Shown piece by piece: positions 9,323 to 18,202 of a stretch of 64,000 bases of DNA. Made by a program: the position numbers and the translations under genes. The notes beneath the pieces were generated by a model, which was given only the letters and a program-made list of their open reading frames with translations, did not search any database and had not been told where the DNA came from. Location: the NCBI GenBank assembly GCA_049518795.1, contig JBEKRK010000002.1, positions 564,146-628,145 of the forward strand. Reading direction: 5' to 3'. The stretch's first letter is position 1, and each line of letters starts with the position of its first letter. Origin of the DNA: Sedimentisphaerales bacterium. GTDB lineage: Bacteria > Planctomycetota > Phycisphaerae > Sedimentisphaerales > UBA12454.

Positions 9323-10144
9323 TTATTTTTTTCTTCGAATCAGACTTAAAGCGCCAATGCCGAGCAGACAAATCGTCACCGGTTCAGGAACAGCCAAACC
9401 GCTAATACCAGTTCCGCTAATTGTTGGAGCGAAACTGCCGACAAGGGTATGTGCACCAGTCAAAAGGTCAAAGGAATATAGTTCGTTGGAACCAGGAAGC
9501 GCGGTACCGGGGCCGGAAGTTGCGAAGTAGCCCGTGTTGCCTGCAGCGGCCATACCGCCGACTGCACCAACGGTCGGACGGACTACTGCAATAAGCGAAC
9601 TAACCGCTGTTACGGGGTCAATTGCGAGCAGCGAATTCGTCCCGCGATCCAGTCCGACTAACATACCGTCGCTTCTCCATGCTAATCCATTAAGGTCAGA
9701 GCCTCCGCTTATCTCCCCAATAAGGGTCGCTGCGCCCGTACCAAGGTTAATCGTAAAGAGGTTGGTATTGGCTGCAGTCGTTCCGTAAGCGGTTCCATCC
9801 GGTGCAATAACCAGGCCGCCTTCACAAACATTCTGGAGACCCAACTGGCCTACCGCCACAGTGACAGCATTGGCCGGATTGATTTTATACAAGGTCGAAT
9901 TAAGCACCCCCTCGGCAACTCCGTAGAGAAAACCGTCCGCTCCAAGCTCGAGACTTCCTATGGGGCCGGTGCCGGTATTACCGATGAGCGAAAGCGATGC
10001 ATTCGTCGTCGAAACCGTGTACAGATTGGAACTGTCACGGTCAATCGCGAACAGGTTGGCCATTGCTGCGGACGATATTAACAATAATGTACAACAGGTA
10101 ACTACCGACAATCCATAAACATTTTTTGTTTGTACCTTCAACAT
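9323..10144 (-). CDS. PEP-CTERM secreted protein (propeller-like repeats)
   Basis: Signal peptide. C-terminus VPEPVTICLLGIGALSLIRRKK. SD aaggaga lies upstream. Confidence 0.85.
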   Translation of the reverse strand: MLKVQTKNVYGLSVVTCCTLLLISSAAMANLFAIDRDSSNLYTVSTTNASLSLIGNTGTGPIGSLELGADGFLYGVAEGVLNSTLYKINPANAVTVAVGQLGLQNVCEGGLVIAPDGTAYGTTAANTNLFTINLGTGAATLIGEISGGSDLNGLAWRSDGMLVGLDRGTNSLLAIDPVTAVSSLIAVVRPTVGAVGGMAAAGNTGYFATSGPGTALPGSNELYSFDLLTGAHTLVGSFAPTISGTGISGLAVPEPVTICLLGIGALSLIRRKK

Positions 10145-10180
10145 AAATTCATCTCCTTTGGTTATGTTATTTTTATATTT

Positions 10181-10822
10181 CTATCCTTTTTTTCTGACAA
10201 GACTTAAAGCTCCCAGACCGAGCAGACAAATTGTCGTTGGTTCTGGAATCTGGTTAACTGTGCCATTGAGAATGACATTATCAACAGAGAAAGTGCCGTA
10301 TGTATATGCTTCTCTGCCATATATGCGAAATTCAACGCTGCCTGTCAGTCCTGTCGGCGGGAGCAGTGAATAGGTATCGTAGTTCCACCAGCTGCTGCCT
10401 CCGATTTCAATGTTGTCCCTCATAATAGTTTCAGGATTACCCAAGTATGTTACTCTGCCTAAATTAGGGCCGGACATATTAGTGGTGCTGGCATCAAACT
10501 CGAGACCTGTTGCATCAAGGTCAAGACTCCAGCCGGGTGCAATCGCAACAGTAAAATAGAAATAATCTGAATATTCGCTGTAAGGCCAACCGCCATAGAC
10601 TTGATAACCTTCTCCATATCCGCTGTGGTCGGTAAAACTAGTAGCTCCGTCGCCGACGTAGCCAAAATCACTTGCTGAAATATGGTCAGCCGGATTGCAG
10701 GGGTCAAGCGTTTCATAGTTGTAAATTCCGAAATCGTATTTGACGATTGTATTTGAAGTAGTTGCGTGCGTAAGACCGCTGACTGCTAAAATGATAACTG
10801 CTATTGTAATTAAATTTTTCAT
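10181..10822 (-). CDS. PEP-CTERM secreted protein
   Basis: Signal peptide. C-terminus IPEPTTICLLGLGALSLVRKKG. Confidence 0.85.
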   Translation of the reverse strand: MKNLITIAVIILAVSGLTHATTSNTIVKYDFGIYNYETLDPCNPADHISASDFGYVGDGATSFTDHSGYGEGYQVYGGWPYSEYSDYFYFTVAIAPGWSLDLDATGLEFDASTTNMSGPNLGRVTYLGNPETIMRDNIEIGGSSWWNYDTYSLLPPTGLTGSVEFRIYGREAYTYGTFSVDNVILNGTVNQIPEPTTICLLGLGALSLVRKKG

Positions 10823-10844
10823 TTGAGTTTACTCCTTATTCCTT

Positions 10845-10912
10845 GCCACTAAGACACCAAGGCACTAAGTTTTTTAAATATATTTTTCTTCATGCCTTCG
10901 GGACTTCGTGGC
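10845..10912. repeat. family-3 hairpin repeat
   Basis: gccactaagacaccaaggcactaag ... cttcatgccttcgggacttcgtggc. Confidence 0.8.
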
Positions 10913-10921
10913 TGTTTTTAT

Positions 10922-12001
10922 TTATTTTTTCGTTCTAATCAGACTTACAGCGCCGAGGAAAAGCAGACAAATCGTCGCTGGTTCGGGAATCGGCTTAAGC
11001 AGGAAACCGCGCTGCTGGCCATTGAGATAGCCCGTTCCTGCAATCCAGCCGTTATCGTTTATTGATGTTGCGTAATCAAGAGACGTCCAGCCGGAACCTG
11101 CGGATAAATAAGATTCAAGATTAATATTGCCGCCGGAGTCAAAAAGACAGGCGTGTGAAAATCCAGAACTATCAGCGGCAAAACCGACAATCTGGCCGCT
11201 TTCGTTGATGGATAGGGCCCCGCTGAGAGTTCCGCCAAGTGTTCCAAGGTCGAGATTATTCAGCGGATTTGTCGAATCAAATAAACAGGCATGATAGTCG
11301 CCGGAACTGTTTTGAGCCTGGCCGACAATCTGGCCGCTATTGTTGTTAGATGAGGCGCTGCTGTCATTGCCGCCGAGAGTTCCGAGGTCAGTAAGATTGT
11401 CATAATAAATAAAAATGCAGGCACGTGTATTATAGGAACTGTTCATGGCCTGGCCGACAATCTGGCCGCTATCATTGATGGACGCTGCCTCGCTGTTGTA
11501 TCCGTCCGTAAACGTTCCAAGGTTCATAACGGCGCCGCCGAATGCCGAGTTAAAAAAACAGGCGCGAGTATTGCCGGAACCATCTGAAGAAGAGCCGACA
11601 GGCAAGCCGTTATTGTTGATGGAATTAGCCCAGGAAAAACCATCAATACCATACAGTGACCCGAGGTTTTTATTAGTGCTGGGCGTGAGAAAAAGACAGG
11701 CACGGCCAAGAGTATGGTCCCCTCCAACTATTTGTCCGTTATTATTTATGGACTCGGCGGTGCTCCAGTGTCCTTCTTCGTTCAATGAGCCGAGGTCAGT
11801 GTTATTGCCGCCGCCTGTGGAATCAAAAAGGCAGGCTTCACCAGATATGCCTACGACCTGACCGCTATTGTTGATTGAATAAGCGGTACTGTAAGTGGAG
11901 CCCGACAAAGTTCCGAGGTTGATGATTTGATATTCAACTGCAAAGAGATTTGATGATAAAAGACATACACATACTAAACAGATTGTAATTAGAGTTTTCA
12001 T
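10922..12001 (-). CDS. PEP-CTERM protein with HAF-type repeats
   Basis: About 7 units of (R/H)ACLF...DLG(S/T)L...SIN(N/D)SGQIVG. C-terminus IPEPATICLLFLGAVSLIRTKK. Start moved to ATG 12001 (MKTLITI), which is preceded by aaaggaaaaactc; the track ORF begins at 12028. Confidence 0.8.
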   Translation of the reverse strand: MKTLITICLVCVCLLSSNLFAVEYQIINLGTLSGSTYSTAYSINNSGQVVGISGEACLFDSTGGGNNTDLGSLNEEGHWSTAESINNNGQIVGGDHTLGRACLFLTPSTNKNLGSLYGIDGFSWANSINNNGLPVGSSSDGSGNTRACFFNSAFGGAVMNLGTFTDGYNSEAASINDSGQIVGQAMNSSYNTRACIFIYYDNLTDLGTLGGNDSSASSNNNSGQIVGQAQNSSGDYHACLFDSTNPLNNLDLGTLGGTLSGALSINESGQIVGFAADSSGFSHACLFDSGGNINLESYLSAGSGWTSLDYATSINDNGWIAGTGYLNGQQRGFLLKPIPEPATICLLFLGAVSLIRTKK

Positions 12002-12023
12002 GAGTTTTTCCTTTCTTCCATTA

Positions 12024-12091
12024 GCCACTAAGGCACCAAGACACTAAGTTTTTATACTTAATTTTTCTTCGAGCCTTTGTGTCTTTGTGGC
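12024..12091. repeat. family-3 hairpin repeat
   Basis: gccactaaggcaccaagacactaag ... cttcgagcctttgtgtctttgtggc. Confidence 0.8.
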
Positions 12092-12154
12092 TAATTTCTA
12101 CTATTTATTTTAACGAACAAACAAAATACTCATTGTCCGGTCTTGCATACGCCC

Positions 12155-12244
12155 AACTTCTTCGCCTATAAAAATTTACTGAATCCGGCCGTCATACCTC
12201 CTTTCATCCTGATATGTGCCAGGAAAACAGTTTTCTCCGTCTAT
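12155..12244. repeat. conserved intergenic element, copy 1 (69-nt core 12175-12243)
   Basis: The core tttactgaatccggccgtcatacctcctttcatcctgatatgtgccaggaaaacagttttctccgtcta differs by one base from the copy at 12963-13031. Confidence 0.85.
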
Positions 12245-12245
12245 A

Positions 12246-12312
12246 GCCGCTAAGGCACCAAGGCACGAAGTTTTTATATATATTTTTCTTTGTGCCTTCG
12301 GGACTTCGTGGC
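12246..12312. repeat. family-3 hairpin repeat
   Basis: gccgctaaggcaccaaggcacgaag ... ctttgtgccttcgggacttcgtggc. Confidence 0.8.
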
Positions 12313-12319
12313 TATTTTC

Positions 12320-12874
12320 TTATTTTTTCCCTTTTATAAATGCCAACGAACCTAAAGCCAGCAGGCAAATCGTTGCCGGTTCGGGAACATCGCTGGTGAA
12401 ATTGTAGTGCACGCCATTAAAGCCATATAGCTCCATATATCCCGGCTCACCTGGATCAGGACCCTCTAACACGTCGTTCACACCGTTCCAGCCATTCTCA
12501 CTTCCTTGTTCGATCACTGTCTGCACGTTGCTGAGGAACTCTGTGGGAATACCCGTGTCCGCTAAGTCATATGGTGGTTGTTCTTCTTCCCTCTCCGAGT
12601 ATACGTAAACGCGACTGTCGGCGAATCTTAAAACGTCACTGATCACATAGGGGTTTTCAGGCTCCACAATGTTCACATCTCCTACGGTAACACTCGCAGG
12701 GAGATCGTAATACAAAGTAGCGTGCCCACCGACTGATGGGGCAGCTGTGCCATGTGTGAGCGAGCTCCCACCCTCAATGTAGCCTTGGCCATTCTCGTCG
12801 AAGTTGATGATGATATTACCCCATACTGCCGCTGTTAAAACACACACTAAACAAACTGTAATAAACTTTTTCAT
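12320..12874 (-). CDS. PEP-CTERM secreted protein
   Basis: Signal peptide. C-terminus VPEPATICLLALGSLAFIKGKK. Confidence 0.85.
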   Translation of the reverse strand: MKKFITVCLVCVLTAAVWGNIIINFDENGQGYIEGGSSLTHGTAAPSVGGHATLYYDLPASVTVGDVNIVEPENPYVISDVLRFADSRVYVYSEREEEQPPYDLADTGIPTEFLSNVQTVIEQGSENGWNGVNDVLEGPDPGEPGYMELYGFNGVHYNFTSDVPEPATICLLALGSLAFIKGKK

Positions 12875-12944
12875 TTGAGTTTCTCCTAAAATTTATCCAT
12901 AAATTTACTATTTGTGTTTTTTAATGACCCGCCTTTGGCGGGCA

Positions 12945-13032
12945 AACTTCTTCGCACTGCATTTTACTGAATCCGGCCGTCATACCTCCTTTCATCCTGA
13001 TATGTGCCAGGGAAACAGTTTTCTCCGTCTAT
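12945..13032. repeat. conserved intergenic element, copy 2 (69-nt core 12963-13031)
   Basis: Near-identical to 12175-12243. Flanked by the short hairpin cccgcc-tttg-ggcggg at 12928-12943. Confidence 0.85.
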
Positions 13033-13721
13033 TGTTTATTTTTTCTTTTTATAAGTGCCAATAAGCCTATTGATAAAATTGCAATTGTCGCAGGTTCAGG
13101 AACTATCTGAATAGTTAGCGGCATTCCGGCACTTTTCTTCCAAATGAGCGATGCAGAACCTTCATCTGCTATTGCAAACAGATCATTGGACAAGGTGATT
13201 TTAATATGCGTCCAGTTCAACCCGGTTATTGTTGCAGAACCTGACCATTCGTTTGCGTCGTTTCCGTGGCCGGAATATACCGGCATAGGCGGATTAAAAT
13301 TGAGGGACGCAACTTTATCAGACTCGCTACTCGCGAGGTTATGAATGGTCAGTTCTCCAAGGACGTTCACCGAGCCATCGCCCACAATATCATAATCGCC
13401 GCCTTCACTAATCTGTATTGCGGTTATCAGATACCCGGAATTGGCGGTTAAATCAAAAACAAGCGTGTCGCTGACCTCAGGATTTTCAGAGGAGTCGGCT
13501 TCAAAGTTGGTTATAGAGGAGAACGAAAACGTGTTTCCAATAATATTAGGATTGCCATACAACCCCGAATTACTGCCGCCGTTTTCCCACTTGAAAAAGG
13601 CGTTGCTGCCGTTGGGTTCATCCCAGTAAACAAAGCCATTAGCCGGGCTTGTAAAAACAAGATTATGAATAAAGATTATCGCAGCTGCCAAAATAACAAG
13701 CCTAAAAGATGTATTTTTCAT
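13029..13721 (-). CDS. PEP-CTERM secreted protein (paralog family A)
   Basis: Signal peptide. FFKWENGGSNSGLYGNPNIIGNTFSF motif shared with 13721..14563 and 15060..15737. C-terminus VPEPATIAILSIGLLALIKRKNKQ. Confidence 0.85.
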   Translation of the reverse strand: MKNTSFRLVILAAAIIFIHNLVFTSPANGFVYWDEPNGSNAFFKWENGGSNSGLYGNPNIIGNTFSFSSITNFEADSSENPEVSDTLVFDLTANSGYLITAIQISEGGDYDIVGDGSVNVLGELTIHNLASSESDKVASLNFNPPMPVYSGHGNDANEWSGSATITGLNWTHIKITLSNDLFAIADEGSASLIWKKSAGMPLTIQIVPEPATIAILSIGLLALIKRKNKQ

Positions 13722-14563
13722 TACTTCTTCTCCAAATATTTTAAAAAATTTGTTTTCTCATCCTGATTATTTCTTCTTCCGTGGATATAAATCCGCTGCT
13801 GCAGATTTAGAATATTTGTTTTTTTGCCGAATAAAGGCAATATAAAGCCGCCAAGCGTCAGCACAGCAATTGTCGCAGGCTCTGGAACATTATTATCGTA
13901 GGGGATAATCTCAAGGTCGAACGATGTCTTTTTGATAAATGAATTCGACCCCTGCTGACTTGTAGCAATAAGGTTATTGTTTAAAACAATTCGAAGATGG
14001 ATCCAGCCAATATCATTAATAGCAACCCCACCGCTCCAGGGTCCGTTCCCGGTTGCCGAGATTGGCATAGATTGGTTCATCGGAACCGTTGAGCTGCGGA
14101 CCTCGTATTGGCTCAAATTCGTTATGAATATCGCGGCACTGGCTGAAACCTTTCCTATGGTACTGATATCGAAAATGCCGCATTCGGCAACACTGATACC
14201 TTGAATTACGAAGTCGGTCTGAGCGAACATGTCAACCTGAAGGCGGTCCGATGTTATGGCACTTTTGCCGCTAAGGCTCTTGGCCATAAAATTAAAATCA
14301 TTATCCCACGAAAAATGCAGAGTGTGCCCATCCGCAGAAAGTGTCGGATTATCAAACAGGCCTTTATCGCTTCCGCCGTTTTGCCAGTAAAAACCGTCTC
14401 CTGTGCCGCTGGCGTTTGAGTGCCAGGGTATAAGCGCGGCCTGTGCATCGCCGGCATTAAATACCGAATAAAATGGGGAAATAAATAGAATAAACAGCAA
14501 TAGAAAAACTGCGCTGAAATGAGAACGTGAAATGCCCGCATAACTTCTTCTTATACTTCTCAC
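13721..14563 (-). CDS. PEP-CTERM-type protein (paralog family A) with an atypical 33-aa tail after the sorting signal
   Basis: The sorting signal NVPEPATIAVLTLGGFILPLFGKK is followed by TNILNLQQRIYIHGRRNNQDEKTNFLKYLEKK. The stop overlaps the next ATG (TAATG). Confidence 0.75.
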   Translation of the reverse strand: MRSIRRSYAGISRSHFSAVFLLLFILFISPFYSVFNAGDAQAALIPWHSNASGTGDGFYWQNGGSDKGLFDNPTLSADGHTLHFSWDNDFNFMAKSLSGKSAITSDRLQVDMFAQTDFVIQGISVAECGIFDISTIGKVSASAAIFITNLSQYEVRSSTVPMNQSMPISATGNGPWSGGVAINDIGWIHLRIVLNNNLIATSQQGSNSFIKKTSFDLEIIPYDNNVPEPATIAVLTLGGFILPLFGKKTNILNLQQRIYIHGRRNNQDEKTNFLKYLEKK

Positions 14564-15059
14564 AATAACACCTCTTCCCTTTTACTCCGCATAACTTCAA
14601 CAATCCAATAACTTGCTTTTCCGTCTTCCCTGTTTTCTCTCCTGCCGAAATTTTAAAAATCGGCAAGACCGCATTTACGCAATGCGGACAATAACTCCCG
14701 ATAGTGACAGATGAATTTTAAAAAGCTGGTTGTTAAACAGCACAAAGCGTAAGGCAAGCAAGATGCATATAAATAGCTTTGGTGTTTTCTCCCTATTAGC
14801 GGGTAAATGTGTGCTAAAAACGCGCGCAAAAACCTGCAAATCCCAAAATAACGCGTTTTCTCCGATTCCCTATATGTGTTTTCTCAAACTCCCGTTTTCT
14901 CTTCTACCCAATTGTTGAAATGAATTATACGATAAACGAGGTATATTTGTCAAGAGAAAAAAAAGATATTTTTAATATAAAAAGATTTTTTAAAGGAAAT
15001 GCTTAAAATGGCTTTTATATGATAAAAAAACAAGGTTTTTAGGTAATTTTCTTTTTTCC

Positions 15060-15737
15060 TTAATGCCTTTTTCTTTTGGACGCGAGAAAAATCATACCTG
15101 ACGAAAGTAGAATTGCAGTGGCCGGCTCAGGAATCAGTGTTACAGCTATAGCGTTGCTGAGAACCTTCTTTTCTATCCAGGCGCCTGAACTAAAGCCGCT
15201 TACGACAAACAGGTTATTTTCAAGCGTGATTCTGATATGGGTCCAATCCGGCCTGTTGACATCGAGATTTGTCCAAGCCTGCCATTCGCCGGCGGCATCG
15301 GCTGGAAATATTGAAGGCAAGTCAGTTTCAAGGCCGTTGCTTAATGTATCAGTAGTATCCAGATTCTCAACGGAAAGAGTGCCTGATGCTTCAACCAGGC
15401 CGTTGCCTAAAATGCCGTAATCGCCATATTCTATGATTGAAATGCTCTGGAACCTGTAGCCGGGATGAGCAATTAGTTCAAATTCCAGCGTGTCTGAAAC
15501 AGTATTTTCCTGCCTGTCTAAACTTTCAGCTCTGAACAATGAAGGGAAAAACACAAAGGTATTGCCGATGGGAATTGGGTCTCCGAAAAGGCCGTTAAGA
15601 CTTTGGCCGTTGGCCCAGTCAAAATAATCGGTGCTGCCATAAGGCTCGCTCCAAAGAACCGTTGCCTGGACGGATGATAATAGAAATAAAACGGAAACTA
15701 CCGCGAGAAACCTTGTTTTTAGCATTAAAATCCCCAT
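15060..15737 (-). CDS. PEP-CTERM secreted protein (paralog family A)
   Basis: Signal peptide. YFDWANGQSLNGLFGDPIPIGNTFVF motif. C-terminus IPEPATAILLSSGMIFLASKRKRH. Confidence 0.85.
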   Translation of the reverse strand: MGILMLKTRFLAVVSVLFLLSSVQATVLWSEPYGSTDYFDWANGQSLNGLFGDPIPIGNTFVFFPSLFRAESLDRQENTVSDTLEFELIAHPGYRFQSISIIEYGDYGILGNGLVEASGTLSVENLDTTDTLSNGLETDLPSIFPADAAGEWQAWTNLDVNRPDWTHIRITLENNLFVVSGFSSGAWIEKKVLSNAIAVTLIPEPATAILLSSGMIFLASKRKRH

Positions 15738-16098
15738 AAATATAGTATATCTTTGCGTTCAGCCGTTAAAATCGGCAAAACCCCTGAAGTTAGACTTTCA
15801 GCCCTAAAAGCTGCAATATAAATGCAACCTGACTCTTTTTACCTTTTACAAATAAAATATAATAAATAAATCAGGCAAAGTCAAAAAAGAGTGAGATTTT
15901 TCGGCTCGGGTAATTGTAAGATTAATTCAGGTTACAATAGCCCGACATAAATAGATATATCCTATTAAAATTTCAATAATTTCATTTTTTCCAACTAATT
16001 TAATTCAAAAAAACCCCTTAAAACATCCTATAAAAAGCCTGTTTTTGTGAAAATAATCGGGTTTTTCCATAAAAATTTTAGCTAAATCAATTTTTTTC

Positions 16099-16126
16099 TT
16101 GAATTTATATATTTTTGTGATATAAT
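16099..16126 (+). promoter_or_regulatory. sigma-70-type promoter candidate (TTGAAT-N16-TGATATAAT)
   Basis: ttgaat at 16099-16104 and an extended -10 tgatataat ending at 16126, about 140 nt upstream of the 16269 ATG. Confidence 0.45.
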
Positions 16127-16268
16127 GCTATAATAGTTTGGGAGTTTGGAGAAAACATCGTATAGCGAAAGCATATTTTTTCTGTTTATATTTTTATAGT
16201 AACAGCTCTGATTTTTAAACAGATTTTATAAAAAGCGACAAAAACAATCTTTTATTTGGAGGTGTGAA

Positions 16269-16913
16269 ATGGTAAGAAGATTAATATTATTAGCTGCTTT
16301 TTTTGTAATTTTCCTTCCTTGTCTGTCTATTGCGAATACCGATGGTCCATATACTGCATCGATTTCGAGCGCATTGACGGATTGGACAGGAACACTATCA
16401 TTTCAGCAGTTTAATCCGGCTTTAGGCACATTAAATAGCGTAGAAATAGAACTGTTTGGGTCGATGGATACGGTTCTGACTGTTACTAATAATTCAGATG
16501 AAGTTTCGTCCGGCCATGCTAACACTCATCTTAAGATAACAGTTCAGGATTTGGGGCACAACCTTATTGACGCTCCGCAAATAGATATGTGGAGTCCGGA
16601 TTTTGACTACGTTCTTGCTGCTTATCAGTCACTAACTTCCGGCTTGCTCACCAAAAATGACACATATTCACATTTATATACTAATTCGGTAATACTTAAC
16701 GAGTTCACAGGAATCGGCAATATTGTGCTGGATGCCGGGACGTTTACAGAAACAGCTTTGTTCAACACAGGCGGAAATACAGATACGGGCCAGGTTACGC
16801 ATGCATTATTAAATGGAACTGTTACATACAATTACACTGTTCCTGAACCGGCTACAATTACTTTGCTGTGTGCCGGTGCTTTTGCTCTCTTGAAAAGAAA
16901 AAGCGGCAAATAA
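16269..16913 (+). CDS. PEP-CTERM secreted protein
   Basis: SD ggaggtg. Signal peptide. C-terminus VPEPATITLLCAGAFALLKRKSGK. Confidence 0.85.
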   Translation: MVRRLILLAAFFVIFLPCLSIANTDGPYTASISSALTDWTGTLSFQQFNPALGTLNSVEIELFGSMDTVLTVTNNSDEVSSGHANTHLKITVQDLGHNLIDAPQIDMWSPDFDYVLAAYQSLTSGLLTKNDTYSHLYTNSVILNEFTGIGNIVLDAGTFTETALFNTGGNTDTGQVTHALLNGTVTYNYTVPEPATITLLCAGAFALLKRKSGK

Positions 16914-16930
16914 CGTCTAAGACTGATATG

Positions 16931-16953
16931 GGCGAACGTAAGTGTTCGCCTTT
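16931..16953 (+). terminator. hairpin terminator candidate
   Basis: ggcgaac-gtaagt-gttcgcc followed by ttta. Confidence 0.4.
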
Positions 16954-17047
16954 ATGGATTATACAGGAATTTACTTCAAATGAATCGGCCATCAGGGCTT
17001 TTACTTAATGCAAGGTTAAAAAAATTTAAATAATTTTTATTTTTCTC

Positions 17048-17076
17048 TTGCATTTCTGTTTTCGTTATGATATAAT
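17048..17076 (+). promoter_or_regulatory. sigma-70-type promoter candidate (TTGCAT-N17-TGATATAAT)
   Basis: ttgcat at 17048-17053 and tataat at 17071-17076 preceded by tga. About 420 nt upstream of the 17503 ATG. Confidence 0.45.
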
Positions 17077-17502
17077 ACCTATCAGAATTGGGGTGTAGGT
17101 TAAGGGTTATTGTTACAAAGCGTCTTGGTGTTCATCTTAAGTTGTCTTTGTCATATTGCTTTGTTGCGCTGACTTGTCCGCCGGAGGCGGGCTTTAGTCA
17201 AATCTTTATTTTAATCGAGAGAAGAGGTTATCTGGTAGAGAATTTGCGCGCGTTTTTAAAGCGATAACAATAACTGTTTAATTTAGAAAGGGTATCAAAA
17301 AAGAGTTCTTCAAATTTTTCCGCCGACAATAGTTTGCGCTATGAGCGGGAAAAGCTGAATGAACAGGGGAATAGGAGAAACATCCATAAACCTTAAACAC
17401 AGGACTAAATACTAAGCGTTTGAATTTATGCGCTGAGCGGATAGTCCGACTCGACTTCGCTCGTCGAAGTCGAATAGAAACTAAAATTGAAGGAAAACAA
17501 TA

Positions 17503-18165
17503 ATGAAAATAGACCGTTTGATAATCGTGTTATTGACGATTCTTTCAGTCGCATTTGCGACCAGTGATGCAAAAGCCAGTTATACGGTGGCGACGTTTTT
17601 CGACCCATCAAATAGCAGCAGTAATCCGCTGTTTAACGTTAATTTTACAACTCTGAAACTCACAGGTGGATGGGATGATTCCAAAACCGGCTTGACACTG
17701 CAAGTTCCTTGTACTGATCACAACTATCCTAATGCGTGGTTTAATTTAACATCGCCAACCGGAGCACCTTATATAGGTATAACAAACACATATACGTTAC
17801 CGTGGGGAACAGTTGGTCAAACTGGTCCGGGCGTAGTTAAATTTTACAAGGACGGCACCTCGACAAACCCGTTGATAGTTGTTGGCTTCGACGGCGGCGT
17901 TGTATCGATGAGCAACTTTGGGGCCAGTGAACTTACCGCCAATACTGTAACAATCACGGGCTCTGAGATTTCAGGGACATTAACACAGGAAGAATTTTCT
18001 TTCAGCTTTGCCAATACAGTGTCCCTACCAAACAATGGAGGCTTTACTGCCACAGCGTCATTTACTTCATCGGCGGTTCCTGAACCGGCGACGATTGGGT
18101 TACTTTGCCTTGGTGCTTTGAAATTGGTTACAAGGAAAGGCAAGAACATAAGAGAAGGCAAATAG
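17503..18165 (+). CDS. PEP-CTERM secreted protein (paralog family B)
   Basis: Signal peptide. ASYTVATFFDP...LKLTGGWDDSKTGLTLQVP motif. C-terminus VPEPATIGLLCLGALKLVTRKGKNIREGK. Confidence 0.85.
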   Translation: MKIDRLIIVLLTILSVAFATSDAKASYTVATFFDPSNSSSNPLFNVNFTTLKLTGGWDDSKTGLTLQVPCTDHNYPNAWFNLTSPTGAPYIGITNTYTLPWGTVGQTGPGVVKFYKDGTSTNPLIVVGFDGGVVSMSNFGASELTANTVTITGSEISGTLTQEEFSFSFANTVSLPNNGGFTATASFTSSAVPEPATIGLLCLGALKLVTRKGKNIREGK

Positions 18166-18202
18166 GATGCCTCGAGGAATCTAAAAGATAAGGAACAAAA
18201 TA

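Noticed and set aside
9222-9530. Recurrent ORFs encoding ...KAPRPSRQIV(T/V/A)GSG... (9222..9530, 10158..10373, 12216..12407, 17844..18161, 18568..18801), which look like a conserved small-protein family.
   Set aside because: They are the reverse complement of the conserved PEP-CTERM sorting-signal DNA (PEPATICLLGLGAL) and of the family-3 repeat. Their conservation is a by-product of the opposite strand.
12195-12225. A TGGCAC motif in the duplicated 69-nt element (minus strand CTGGCACATATCAGGAT) as a possible sigma-54 promoter.
   Set aside because: The -12 element is wrong: AGGA appears where TTGC is required at the fixed spacing.
16140-17502. A possible c-di-GMP or other known riboswitch, tRNA, tmRNA, SRP or 6S RNA in the long leaders upstream of the PEP-CTERM genes.
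   Set aside because: I could not find the conserved cores I know for these RNAs (GEMM-type ACGCACAGGGCAAACC / GACGCAAAGCC, the T-arm GGTTCGAATCC, the SRP GGAAG/AGCA motifs). This remains an open question for Infernal.
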